DNA from: Acidobacteriota bacterium
Lineage (GTDB): Bacteria; Acidobacteriota; Thermoanaerobaculia; Gp7-AA8
DNA: 64,000 bases
NCBI GenBank assembly: GCA_019244185.1
Contig: JAFATB010000025.1
Span: 288,001-352,000 of the forward strand
Direction: 5' to 3'
This document shows positions 30,640 to 40,691 of this stretch, piece by piece. Position numbers and translations under genes: made by a program. Position 1 is the stretch's first letter. Each line of letters opens with the position of its first letter. A model generated the notes under the pieces. The model worked only from the letters and a program-made list of their open reading frames with translations, did no database searches and had not been told where the DNA came from.

Positions 30640-33600
30640 TTACTGTGGCTCGTTGGGAGGATGCTCGCCTGGATTCGTCTCCTGCAAGACCGTCGGGCCC
30701 GTGCCTCTCTCATTCGCGAGATCAGCCGCCGCCTTCGCATCGCGGTTCGCAAAGAGGCTTAGCAGCGCAATGCCCAACCAGTTCTGGACATCACCCCCGC
30801 CGTTGATACCGCACCACGTAGTGGTTTTCGTACCGATCACTGGAATCCCAACATCATTCGCCAACTTCGCACCGGCACCGCCCGTATAACAGCCGGCTAA
30901 AATGATCGCGGATGGCTTCGAGACCACCAAACCCAGCTCGAGCGAGTTGAGAGAGACGTAGAAATTGTTCGCGTTCTGCGGAATCGCTCTGAATTGGTGA
31001 ACATCCTGAACAGGTGCGGCATTGAGGTTCAAAAACGACGTGCCATTCTGAAATCCGAAGTGCCCCCACAAAACGAGCACATCGTCACTGTGCAGCCCAC
31101 GCAGCTCATCCATCATTTGAGAATAGGCATAGATCGTCGGCTGGCGAACCTGCACCTCGTGGCCTGTTGAAGCTTCCATTCGCTCGATCCAGGCTTTACT
31201 CGGTCCGTCTCCGCTGAAGTGGTAAATGACGGCCCGTGGCTCTTTTCCGTTGGGATCGTGAAATGCCAGTGGGTTGTTACGTACGTACGAGAAGCGGTTC
31301 CATCCTTGCAGCAAATCGGGTGTTCCCGACGCAGCGTCTCTGGACAGGAATCTTCCCAGCGACGGCGCGTAATAGCGCGCGTGCATGTAGTCGATGTCGC
31401 TCTCGTCCTGTGCCGTGCCGTCGTCGTCGCGCTCGTGGCCGGTGAAGGCCATCCGCTCCGGCAGTTTCTGGTCGAACACGAGATTGCCGAACGGCATGTA
31501 CTTCGAGCCGGTCGAAGTCGTGTTCAGCAGTTCGCCCTGCTGCCCGGTGACGAACCGCACCGATCCGAGGTGATCGACGTGCAGGTCATGAACCTCGACC
31601 TGCCCTGACGACGCGTTGCGGCTGATCGTGTTGGTGATGATGTCGCCCGCGTAGACGAAGTCCTCTTTCCACGTCCATGTGGAGGGCCCGCCCGCGCTGT
31701 ATCGCCGCTCGACGTCGCGCAGCACGCGCCGGCCGCCGGAGCGGAACGACCACAATTCGCGAATGCCGTTCGAAGCCATGAAATCGAGCACGCCGACGCG
31801 CTCGTCGTTCGCGTCGTAGACGTAGACGCGCCCGATGTTCGTGCCTTCGGTGTAGGTCGCGCGATTGAACGCGTCGTACTCGAAATTCAGCACGGCCGTC
31901 GGATTCGCGGGACTGAGGGTCCGCAGGTCCGGCATGGTCTTGATGTTGCCGGAGTCGTCGTACTCGACGCCCCGCGGCTGCTGAGTCCCGGACTTCACCG
32001 CCTGGAGCCGGCTCGTCGTGTTGTCGACCGTGTACTTCATCGTGCCGCGCTGCTTGAGGTTGCCGAAGCCGTCGTAGGTATAGGTTTCCGACAGCGAGCC
32101 GACGGTGGCATTCGCGAGCCGCAGCGCTTTGTCGTACTGAAAGGAATCACTGTTGCCGATCTTCGAGATGTTGCCGGCGCCGTCGTAGGCATAGAGCCCC
32201 GTATCGGAGGAGCCGTTTTTCCAGTGCCAGACGATCTGGCCGACGCGCGCCAGCTTCGCGTCGCTCTCGAGCGAGATCTCGTCGTGGACGTCCACGCTGG
32301 CGAACTGCACGCTCTTGCGCAGGCCGTTGAGGTAATACGCGAGCGTGGCCCGCGGCGTATGCGCCGCGCCCTCATTGACGTCCGTCAGCACGTCGGCCGT
32401 GTAGCCGTAGTTGATGAAACGCGGTGCGGCGTCCGAGAACGGTGTCGGGTAGTCGATGCGCGTCAGGTTGCCGCGAGCGTCGTAGTCGTACTTGACCGTT
32501 CCGCTGAGGAACGTCGTTTCGGCGCCGCCGGCGACCTTCGACATCGACGTCGTCACCTGCGTCAGCATCCCGCAGCGCGCGCTGCCGGGGCTGCACGGGT
32601 CGTACGCGTAGGCGCTGCCAACCACGTACGTCGCGGGGCTCGCGGTCGCGGCCGGATCCTTGACGTAGTTGTAGCGGGAAGCGGCAGCGAGCTGATTGCG
32701 CGAACCGGAGGGATCGTCGTTGGTGAAGTAATCGAAATGCTTGAGGAGCGGCGCGTTGCCTCGCGGCGTCGCCGCCGGCTGCCACACGTCGCGCAGCCGC
32801 TCGGCGCGGTCGTACGCCATGCGCAAACTCCACGGATTCAGCGACGGCAGCGTCGCCCCGCCGCCCGACCACGCGTAATCCACCGCCGTGACATGCCCGC
32901 GCGCGTCGTACTGGCTCTTGATGAGCACCTGGCCGTTCGGCCCGCGCATTTCAGGATCGGTTTCGCTGGTGAGGAAGCCGCGCCCGTCGTGATCGAAGCG
33001 CCGCGTCTGCGTGTCGGGCGAGTGTGTAACGGGATTGTCTTCGGTGGCGGTCAGCGTGGCGACGGTGAGATTCGACAGTGCGTCGTAGCTATATTCCGCG
33101 CGCACGGCGCCGTCGTTCGCGCGGAACAGGCGGCCGAAGGAGTCGAGATCGTGCGACATCTGCACGTCGTGCGGATTGCCGCTTCCTCCATTGCCGGCCG
33201 CGAGCTCGACGTCGTGCATCAGCGTGACCGCGCCCCGCCCGCCCACATACGTCGTGTCCGTAATGTGGCCGTCGGCACGGCGCACGCTCTTCTCGCGGTC
33301 CAACGCGTCATAGGAATGCTTGTTCGAGCGCGTGGCCTGGGGCAGAAGCTCCTCCAGGACTTTGCCCGTCGCCGTGTAGGTGAGCGTCGTCTCCGCTGGG
33401 CCGGTCGGCGTATCGCGGAGGGTGGACTTCAGGCGTCCCAGATCGTCATACGTAAAGTACGAGGCCGCGCCGCCGGAGCGCGCGACGGACAACTGATTGA
33501 TGCCTCCCGTGCCGGTTTTGCTTTTGTAGCCATAGGTCTGCGGCGTGGCCGCGCCGGGAGGCGTCACGGTCGTCACGCGTCCCAATGCATCGTACGCGTA

Positions 33601-36387
33601 GCCGGTCGTCAGGCCGGACGCGCCCGTCATCGACGAGGCGAGCCCGGAGCCGTGGTCGATGACGGCGCTGCTGCTCTGTACGTACGTGCCGGTACCGCAG
33701 CCGCGATATTCCGTCAGCGCGGGGCTGCCGTAACGGAGTGTCGTCTCCAGCGCATAGTCGCTGGTGACGCCCTGTCCGACCGCAATCTGCCCGCCGGACC
33801 ACGCGCATTCACCGCTTGCCGCGGTGCAGAGACCTCCGCCGTCGCCGCCGTAATCCTCCTCGCGCGTGACCACTTCGTAAACGCTGCCGGGCGCGGCCGG
33901 GCCGCGGCGCGTGTACACGGTCAGCAGATCGTCCGCGCCATCGGGCACGTCCACGTCGCGCAGCGACGGGATCTCTCCTTGTGCGTTGGGAAGCAGCCAC
34001 ACCGAATTCGTGAGACTGCTTTCCTTCAGGCGACGCGTAGCTTTGAGATAGCCGCGCGTCTTGTCGTACAGCGTATGCGTACTGCCGATGCGGCCGTTCT
34101 CGATGATTTTCGTGCGGGACGAGAGCTCGATGAGCCACGCATGCAGACGGTCCGGCATGCCCGTGGGATTGTTCGCGTCCGGCTGCCACGTCACGTCGGG
34201 GTTGTAGAACGTGTACTCGCCGCGCATGTCGAAGTCGCCGCTGTCGGGATGCCCCTTGGCGGCCGCGCGAAAATTGCCGTAGCTGTTCGTCTGGCGGAAG
34301 TGACCGAGGCCGTCGAAATCCGAGAACATCGCCTCGGTGAACGGGATCTGCGTGGTGTTGTTGAAGGCGACCGTCGACGGGTCATCGAAATAACGCGTGT
34401 GCTCGCTGGTCTCGCGCAGGTTGATCTGGCGGCAGTCGGACGGCAGCATGTCGCCGCCGCATTCGTAGGCGCTCTCCTCGAAGTTTGCGTACTTCGCGCG
34501 CAGTTTGGTCGCGGTCGTCGCGTCTTCGTTGTCGCGGCGATACGTCCGGAAGAGCCTGCGCACGGCGTCGCTCAGATCGGTGACGAAGGGCGACGTCGCG
34601 GCCATGCTGACCGAATACGTCTCGGATGACAGATAACGCGCCGTTTGCGATTGATCGTGGCGCTGCACGGTGTCGACCTTTTCCAGATCGGGCGAGAACG
34701 GTGCGCCGTACCACTGCAGGCCGTAATCGACGTTGTGATAGTTGATCGTCAGGAGGCCGTTCGGATCGAGGGCGGTCGCCAGGAACTCCACCGGCGAGCG
34801 GCACAAGAGCGGCTCGCCCAGGTCCCATTGGCCATTGTGGTTCGTGTCGCTGTCGTCCCAGCCATCGTGGTTCGTGTCGATGAACCACTTGAAGTAGCCT
34901 TGTCCGGAATAGCGCCAAGTCGCTTTCACGGAGCCGTCAGCGTCGATCTCCTCGCGTTTTGCGACTCCGAGGACGGTGCCGCCGCCGTAGGACCCGGCAT
35001 CGCGTGCGTGTCCGCCGCAGAGGCGGATCGGCGTGCCGCGGCCTTCGTATGCATATTGATATCCGCCGCCGGTCGGCGCCTTGACGGAACGTAATGCTCC
35101 CGCGAGACGGCTGGTGGGATACGAATACCCGTTGGGACACGGCGTGGTGCTGTTCCAGTTCGGCGCCGTACAGTAGGTATACGAGATACCGTCGCCGTCG
35201 CTCGTGCTGCCGGGGTAATAGTCGAACTGCCATTTGCCCGCGCCTTCGGGCAGCGTCATCGACTGCAGCATCTGGAACGTGGTGGTGTGCGACGGGACGT
35301 TGTACGGAAACAGGAGCCCGTCTTTCGTCCACGGCAGGACCGTCGCCCGCAGCATGTTGACGGGCGTGTAGTCGAAGCTGAAAACCATCGAATCGTCACC
35401 CTGCGGGCCCGCCAGTTCCGCGCGCACCAGCCGCTCGCCGATCCATGGATACGGCGTCTGCCGGTAGTCGCCGTAGATGTCGAACACCAGCCGGTGCTGC
35501 CGGTTGACGAGGAGGGACGTCCGTTCCCCGGAGGAGCCGTGGTAATACGGATCGTCGCGCGTTTCCGCATCGGGCAGCGTGCCCTCGACGAACGTCCAGA
35601 TCCATTGTCCCGATGCCGGCCGCGTGTCCGAGCTGCGCTCGACCACCAGCACGTTGCCGAACGAGTCGGAAATCCAGCGAAGGATCCACTGTGCCTTCGC
35701 CTGGCCGCAGGCGCTCACGCACGAGAAGTGTTTGACGGTGCCGTTCGGGAAATCGATTTCGCGCTCGTTCGTATCGCCGCCGACTTTGCGCAGGCGGAGG
35801 TAGCTGCCGTCCTGCGTGAAGGACGCGCCGACGTCATTGAAGCTCGTCGAGTGCATGGACGGCTTGAACTCATGCTCGGCGCCGTCCGCCTCGGTGTACG
35901 TGCCGCTGAGATAGCCCTCCGGCACCGACACGGCGCCGAAACTGCCGAACCCGACGTTCCAGCCGACACCCGCGTTTCCCATCGGCACGGGCTCTGACCC
36001 GCCGTAATCGCTGGACGGCGCGTCGAGCGAAAACGTCGTCGTCTCGCGCACGGCCATCCAGCGGTGGCTGCCGGAGGCCGTGACGGTGTCGACGATCGTC
36101 GTGGTGTAGGAACTGGGCGCGGTATCGATGCCGTGCCAGTCGATGAACGCCCATACGGCGCGGGAATGCTGGAGCGAGAACTGATACGAGAGCGAGCCGT
36201 TCGTCTTGTACTTCGGTCCGATGGGGATATTGACATTGAGCTCGCCGCTATAGAGGTTCACGTTGTCGAACGGCGACACCTGATACGCGGTGTTCGGCTG
36301 AAAACCGTGCGCGAGAATCGTGTCGACGCCCGCGTGCAGCGGGGCCGCCAGGAGCAACATCCACAACAGCAGCACCGCGCGCTTCAT
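30640..36387 (-). CDS. Signal-peptide RHS/YD-repeat protein B (1915 aa) with caspase/clan-CD-like C-terminal domain
   Basis: Signal MKRAVLLLWMLLLAAPLHA-G. Collinear paralogue of RHS A up to GRFLS; core ends NNPLAFHDPNG. Confidence 0.9.
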   Translation of the reverse strand: MKRAVLLLWMLLLAAPLHAGVDTILAHGFQPNTAYQVSPFDNVNLYSGELNVNIPIGPKYKTNGSLSYQFSLQHSRAVWAFIDWHGIDTAPSSYTTTIVDTVTASGSHRWMAVRETTTFSLDAPSSDYGGSEPVPMGNAGVGWNVGFGSFGAVSVPEGYLSGTYTEADGAEHEFKPSMHSTSFNDVGASFTQDGSYLRLRKVGGDTNEREIDFPNGTVKHFSCVSACGQAKAQWILRWISDSFGNVLVVERSSDTRPASGQWIWTFVEGTLPDAETRDDPYYHGSSGERTSLLVNRQHRLVFDIYGDYRQTPYPWIGERLVRAELAGPQGDDSMVFSFDYTPVNMLRATVLPWTKDGLLFPYNVPSHTTTFQMLQSMTLPEGAGKWQFDYYPGSTSDGDGISYTYCTAPNWNSTTPCPNGYSYPTSRLAGALRSVKAPTGGGYQYAYEGRGTPIRLCGGHARDAGSYGGGTVLGVAKREEIDADGSVKATWRYSGQGYFKWFIDTNHDGWDDSDTNHNGQWDLGEPLLCRSPVEFLATALDPNGLLTINYHNVDYGLQWYGAPFSPDLEKVDTVQRHDQSQTARYLSSETYSVSMAATSPFVTDLSDAVRRLFRTYRRDNEDATTATKLRAKYANFEESAYECGGDMLPSDCRQINLRETSEHTRYFDDPSTVAFNNTTQIPFTEAMFSDFDGLGHFRQTNSYGNFRAAAKGHPDSGDFDMRGEYTFYNPDVTWQPDANNPTGMPDRLHAWLIELSSRTKIIENGRIGSTHTLYDKTRGYLKATRRLKESSLTNSVWLLPNAQGEIPSLRDVDVPDGADDLLTVYTRRGPAAPGSVYEVVTREEDYGGDGGGLCTAASGECAWSGGQIAVGQGVTSDYALETTLRYGSPALTEYRGCGTGTYVQSSSAVIDHGSGLASSMTGASGLTTGYAYDALGRVTTVTPPGAATPQTYGYKSKTGTGGINQLSVARSGGAASYFTYDDLGRLKSTLRDTPTGPAETTLTYTATGKVLEELLPQATRSNKHSYDALDREKSVRRADGHITDTTYVGGRGAVTLMHDVELAAGNGGSGNPHDVQMSHDLDSFGRLFRANDGAVRAEYSYDALSNLTVATLTATEDNPVTHSPDTQTRRFDHDGRGFLTSETDPEMRGPNGQVLIKSQYDARGHVTAVDYAWSGGGATLPSLNPWSLRMAYDRAERLRDVWQPAATPRGNAPLLKHFDYFTNDDPSGSRNQLAAASRYNYVKDPAATASPATYVVGSAYAYDPCSPGSARCGMLTQVTTSMSKVAGGAETTFLSGTVKYDYDARGNLTRIDYPTPFSDAAPRFINYGYTADVLTDVNEGAAHTPRATLAYYLNGLRKSVQFASVDVHDEISLESDAKLARVGQIVWHWKNGSSDTGLYAYDGAGNISKIGNSDSFQYDKALRLANATVGSLSETYTYDGFGNLKQRGTMKYTVDNTTSRLQAVKSGTQQPRGVEYDDSGNIKTMPDLRTLSPANPTAVLNFEYDAFNRATYTEGTNIGRVYVYDANDERVGVLDFMASNGIRELWSFRSGGRRVLRDVERRYSAGGPSTWTWKEDFVYAGDIITNTISRNASSGQVEVHDLHVDHLGSVRFVTGQQGELLNTTSTGSKYMPFGNLVFDQKLPERMAFTGHERDDDGTAQDESDIDYMHARYYAPSLGRFLSRDAASGTPDLLQGWNRFSYVRNNPLAFHDPNGKEPRAVIYHFSGDGPSKAWIERMEASTGHEVQVRQPTIYAYSQMMDELRGLHSDDVLVLWGHFGFQNGTSFLNLNAAPVQDVHQFRAIPQNANNFYVSLNSLELGLVVSKPSAIILAGCYTGGAGAKLANDVGIPVIGTKTTTWCGINGGGDVQNWLGIALLSLFANRDAKAAADLANERGTGPTVLQETNPGEHPPNEPQ

Positions 36388-39300
36388 CGCGAGGCCTCCG
36401 TTGCCGCGTCCGTATGTGCTTTGGCTCTGGCCGCGTACATGATCGAGTCCGGCTGCTGGAGCGCCGCCGAGGTGTCATAGGCGCGGAAGGTGGTCACGAT
36501 GCCGACCCACGAGCCGGTGCCGCCCGCGGAGACGGTATGTCCGTAGGCGCCGAGGGACGTGACCATGCGCTCGTGGACTGCGGTGGTCAGGATGTTGCCG
36601 GCGACGGTCTCGGCGATTTCCGTGAAGCCGTTGGTGGGCGACGAGAAGCTCGTATTGGCGGACGTCGCGATCGCGGTGACGACCACTTCCTTCGACTGGT
36701 AGGTCTGCGTCGTCAGGCCGCTCGAGAGCGTGCCGGACGAGGTCGCGGCGCCGTCGAGCGCGGTGCGATCCTCGGGCGACGCGGCGGCCATGTTGAGGTA
36801 TTCGATCAGCTGCAGGGTCTGGTCGCGATAATTGCCGATCGTGAACGTCTCCGTCGTCCTCCCGGCCGGACTGTTGGCGTAGTAGTACATCGACGTCTTG
36901 ACGTTGTTCCACTCGTACGTATTGGCCAGCTGCCAGCCCGCCGGCACCGTGTAGTTGCCGATCGGATAGCTGTTGTTCGAGGCGGAGACGACCGCCACGA
37001 GCAGCGAGCCGGCGCGCGTCGCCTTCGGCCATGTGCCCGTAATGGCCAGTTGCGAGTTCGCGCTGAACGCGGCGGTCTGCCGGTTCTTCATCTGGGACGT
37101 CACGGTGATCGTCGCCGTGGCGCTGCGCGCGAAGTAATTCGGATTACAGCCGCTCGTCACTTTCACCCAGTACGAGGTGGTCGTATTGAGCCCGCCGGTC
37201 GAATAGGTATCCGACGTCGCGCCCGTAATCGCCACGCTGGCCGGATCACCGCTGATTCCGCGGTACCACTGATAGAGGTAGTTGCCGTCGCCGGAGACCG
37301 TCACCCGCAGCGTCGACGAGCCTCCGGGCGAGGTGGAGTCCGACGACGGCGAGGTCACGACGAAGGGCGACTTGCAGACATAGACCTGCGCGACCGCGCT
37401 GTCGCTATAAAGGCCGCACGAATTCGAGACGCGCACGAAGTACGTCGTGGTCGAGGACGGATTCGCGTAATAGCTGCCGGTCGTCGCGCCGCTGATCAGC
37501 GTCGCGTTCTGCGGCGTGCCGGAGTACCACTGGTAGCTGATGTCGCCGTCACCCGACGCGGCGACGGTGAGGTTCGTCGACTCGCCGTAGTTGATCGTTC
37601 GCGACGTCGGCGAGCTGGTGACCGACGGCGTATGCGTGCAGACGTCGAGCGGCACGCTCCGCGTCGTATTGAGATAGGTCGCATTGATCTGCACCGGTGT
37701 GCGCGAAGCAACGACGCCGGGTGCGACGAGGAAGTTTACGGCGGTCTGATTGGCGCCGAGGGTCACGGTCGCCGGCACGTTCGCTGCGGACGTGTTGTCG
37801 GTCGACAGCGGGATCGCGACGGCACTCGTCGGCGCGACACTGACGGTGAGCGTGGCCGTGGTGGTGCTGCCCATCGACAATTTCGCCGGATTGAAGGTGA
37901 TGCCGGCGATCGGCGCCGGGAACGTGTGCGACGGCACGACGTCGTAATTCAGCGGCGCCGGACAGGCGCGCGTGTCGATGCCGTTGCCCATCATGCGCGT
38001 GATGAACACCGCCGCCTGCGCGCGGTCGACGAGATCGGAGGGACAGAACTGATACGGTCCGCAGCCGATGCTCACGCCGCGGTTCTTGACGTCGCTGATC
38101 CAGTTCGCGGCCCAATACGACGGGCACGGGACGTCCGAGAAATCATTGCCGCACGCGGGCGACGCATAGGACGGCCCGAGTTTGGTCCGCAGGACGAAGA
38201 TCGCCAGCTCGGCGCGCGTCAGCGTCTGATCGGGTGAATACGCGCCGCCGCCGGTGCCGGAGGTCAGGCCTTCTGCTTTCAGCTGCCCGATCCAGGTGGC
38301 GTATGCGTTCGTGCACGGCACGTCCGTGAACGGACCGGCTCCCGTGCACGCCGGCGGCTGGTATGTCGCGCCGTGTTCCGCCACGAGGAGCCACTTCGCG
38401 ATTTCGGCGCGCGTGAGGTTCGTCTGCGGGCAGAACTGCAGATGCGGGCTGCAGGCCGTGGCAACCCCGTTGTGCAGGACGGACTCGACGCTGCCGTACG
38501 CCCAGTGGCTCACCGGCACGTCGATGAAGCTCGAGCCGACGTGAATGGTCACGGGGCTGCCGGGCGTCGCCACTCCGTTCGACAGATACGTCTCGCGGAA
38601 CGTGATGTCATTGTGCGGCTGGCCGTTGCGGATGCCGGGGCTGGCCACGCGTAACGCGTAGCAGCGTCCGGCGGTCCAGCAATCCGAAATTCCGCTGGAA
38701 ATGTCGTAGCTCTGAACGGAGTCGACCAGCGTCGGGGCCGCGTAATACGAGTCCGTCGTGGTGAGGTTCCCTGCCGTCACCGCGACCAGCGTCGTGGACG
38801 CGGTCGTCCGCCACTGCGGCTCGACGACGACCGTCTCTCCCGGTTCGACGATGCCATTGAGATTGCCGTTGGTCGTGTTCCACGCCGAATTCGCGTACCA
38901 CGACTGCACGTGCGCGTCGACGAGCACGCCGCCCGCTTTCGCCGCGACCATCGGCCCCACGGGTACGGTCTGGTGCGCGCTGCCCGGTAATCCCGCGTCG
39001 TCGATCGTAGTGAGAGTGGCGTTGTAGCAGCCGGCCGCCGCGTATTGCTTCGTCGCGGTCGCCGTCGTCGCGGTCGTGTTGTCGCCGAAGTTCCAGTTCC
39101 ACGCCGTGATCTGGCCGTCGTCTTTGGAAGCCTCGCTGCCGAACGTGCAGTCCCGAACCTTACAGTTGACGCGGATGGCCGGAACGGGCGGCGTGTTCGA
39201 CACCACCACGTCCTGCGTGGCCGTCCCTTCCATGCCGTCCGCATCGCGCACGCTCGCGGCGACGCGATATGTGCCCGTCTTCGCAAACGTATGCTGCACG

Positions 39301-40475
39301 AAGGTATAGGGATTCTGCGTGTCGGTCTCGTTGTAGATCGTCCCGTCGCCGAAATCCCACGTAATACCGCTCCATGGGAACGGGCCGTCGTCCACAATGC
39401 GGCGCGTGAACGTGTAATCGCGACGGTTCGGGTCGGTCCGCGCGATGTCCATGGTCACGGTCGGACTGCTATTCGTCGCCACGACCGGGATCTGGAAGTC
39501 GGTCGGATCGTCGAAGTGCGTGCCGGGATTCCCATCGTCCGGCGGCTGATAGCGCAGCGTGGCGATGTACGTTCCGCTGCGCGCATAGAAGGTCCACGTA
39601 CGGCACGTGGTCGGACAGAGGCCGAGGGGGACGAAATTGAGCAGCGTCGGAGAGTTGCCGCAGCCGAGGTTGTAGCCGCGCGGCAACTGTGGCGGCACCG
39701 CGCAATCGGTGGAGACGGGGCTCCAGTTCATGTAAATCTGCGTTCCCGGCGGGAAGGTATCGAGGCCGCCGATGGTGATGGCCGGCGCGATACCGCCGTT
39801 CGGCTCGAGCGTCCACTGTCCCTGCCGGCCATACGCCACCTGGACGTCGACGCGGCCCGTGAGACTCTCGCCCGAGTAGTAATCGACCGTGCAGGAGACG
39901 CGATAGAGCCCGTCGATCGAATACACGTGCAGTTCGTTGGCGCGGTAGACGTAGCCGGGCAGGATCGGCTGCCAGTGATCGCCGAAGTCCCACGTGTACG
40001 ACTTGATGCCGGTGGTGACCTTCGGCGCCGCCGCGAAACGACAGACGCCGTTCGTGCACGAGTACGTGATCGTCACATCGCCCGATGGCGCGTGCACGTA
40101 CACGGTCGCCTCGGACGTCGTGCCCGGCTGGTTCGTGTCCGTGATCTGGTATTTGAACGTGTAGTCGGCCAGCGTCTGCGGGGGCAGGTAACTGATCGAC
40201 TTCTTGTCGTCGCTGATCGAAACGGTCCCGATCTGCGGCTGGCCCGGCGTCACGCCGGTGATCTCGAGATTTCCTGACGGATCGACAATGTCGTTCTGCA
40301 GCACCGGGATCGTGATCCGCTGGTTCGGCGCGCTCACGAACGCGGCGTCGTCGACCGCGCCGGGCGCGATCTGCGCGAAGTGTCCGCCGCCGCAGTAATT
40401 CGTATTGACCGCGGCACCACCACCCGTCGAAACAAGACTCAGCATCAGAATGAACACACCAAGGACACGCTTCAT
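36384..40475 (-). CDS. Large secreted surface protein: Ig-like (Big_9) + PKD domains + 3 SLH-like repeats + Ig domains
   Basis: Signal peptide; AVDDAA…IPVLQND; three W[DN]FGD PKD motifs; FxDVP…W…P…LTRAE SLH-like repeats x3; YQWY Ig repeats. ATGA overlap with RHS B. RBS GGGAGG favours the second ATG. Confidence 0.85.
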   Translation of the reverse strand: MKRVLGVFILMLSLVSTGGGAAVNTNYCGGGHFAQIAPGAVDDAAFVSAPNQRITIPVLQNDIVDPSGNLEITGVTPGQPQIGTVSISDDKKSISYLPPQTLADYTFKYQITDTNQPGTTSEATVYVHAPSGDVTITYSCTNGVCRFAAAPKVTTGIKSYTWDFGDHWQPILPGYVYRANELHVYSIDGLYRVSCTVDYYSGESLTGRVDVQVAYGRQGQWTLEPNGGIAPAITIGGLDTFPPGTQIYMNWSPVSTDCAVPPQLPRGYNLGCGNSPTLLNFVPLGLCPTTCRTWTFYARSGTYIATLRYQPPDDGNPGTHFDDPTDFQIPVVATNSSPTVTMDIARTDPNRRDYTFTRRIVDDGPFPWSGITWDFGDGTIYNETDTQNPYTFVQHTFAKTGTYRVAASVRDADGMEGTATQDVVVSNTPPVPAIRVNCKVRDCTFGSEASKDDGQITAWNWNFGDNTTATTATATKQYAAAGCYNATLTTIDDAGLPGSAHQTVPVGPMVAAKAGGVLVDAHVQSWYANSAWNTTNGNLNGIVEPGETVVVEPQWRTTASTTLVAVTAGNLTTTDSYYAAPTLVDSVQSYDISSGISDCWTAGRCYALRVASPGIRNGQPHNDITFRETYLSNGVATPGSPVTIHVGSSFIDVPVSHWAYGSVESVLHNGVATACSPHLQFCPQTNLTRAEIAKWLLVAEHGATYQPPACTGAGPFTDVPCTNAYATWIGQLKAEGLTSGTGGGAYSPDQTLTRAELAIFVLRTKLGPSYASPACGNDFSDVPCPSYWAANWISDVKNRGVSIGCGPYQFCPSDLVDRAQAAVFITRMMGNGIDTRACPAPLNYDVVPSHTFPAPIAGITFNPAKLSMGSTTTATLTVSVAPTSAVAIPLSTDNTSAANVPATVTLGANQTAVNFLVAPGVVASRTPVQINATYLNTTRSVPLDVCTHTPSVTSSPTSRTINYGESTNLTVAASGDGDISYQWYSGTPQNATLISGATTGSYYANPSSTTTYFVRVSNSCGLYSDSAVAQVYVCKSPFVVTSPSSDSTSPGGSSTLRVTVSGDGNYLYQWYRGISGDPASVAITGATSDTYSTGGLNTTTSYWVKVTSGCNPNYFARSATATITVTSQMKNRQTAAFSANSQLAITGTWPKATRAGSLLVAVVSASNNSYPIGNYTVPAGWQLANTYEWNNVKTSMYYYANSPAGRTTETFTIGNYRDQTLQLIEYLNMAAASPEDRTALDGAATSSGTLSSGLTTQTYQSKEVVVTAIATSANTSFSSPTNGFTEIAETVAGNILTTAVHERMVTSLGAYGHTVSAGGTGSWVGIVTTFRAYDTSAALQQPDSIMYAARAKAHTDAATEASR

Positions 40476-40691
40476 CGTCATCCTCCCGCGTGGTGGACCT
40501 ATGGACGTTTGTCTGGATGGATTGCCATCCGTCGATGCGCCACAATGAGGCGCAACGGGTGAGCTCGTCGAAGGTGTTGTGACGAATCAGCCGGATGTAG
40601 CCGCCGGTCCGCCGTTTCGCGTGACGAGCGGGAACGGCCCGGCAATGCAGACGGCCGCGAGCCCATCGAACGCCGTGCTATCGTCGGCGCG

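Noticed and set aside
24769-36387. T6SS effector or Tc toxin (TcB/TcC) assignment for the RHS proteins
   Set aside because: No PAAR, VgrG or SpvB domains recognised, no chaperone or TcA genes nearby, and both proteins have N-terminal signal peptides.
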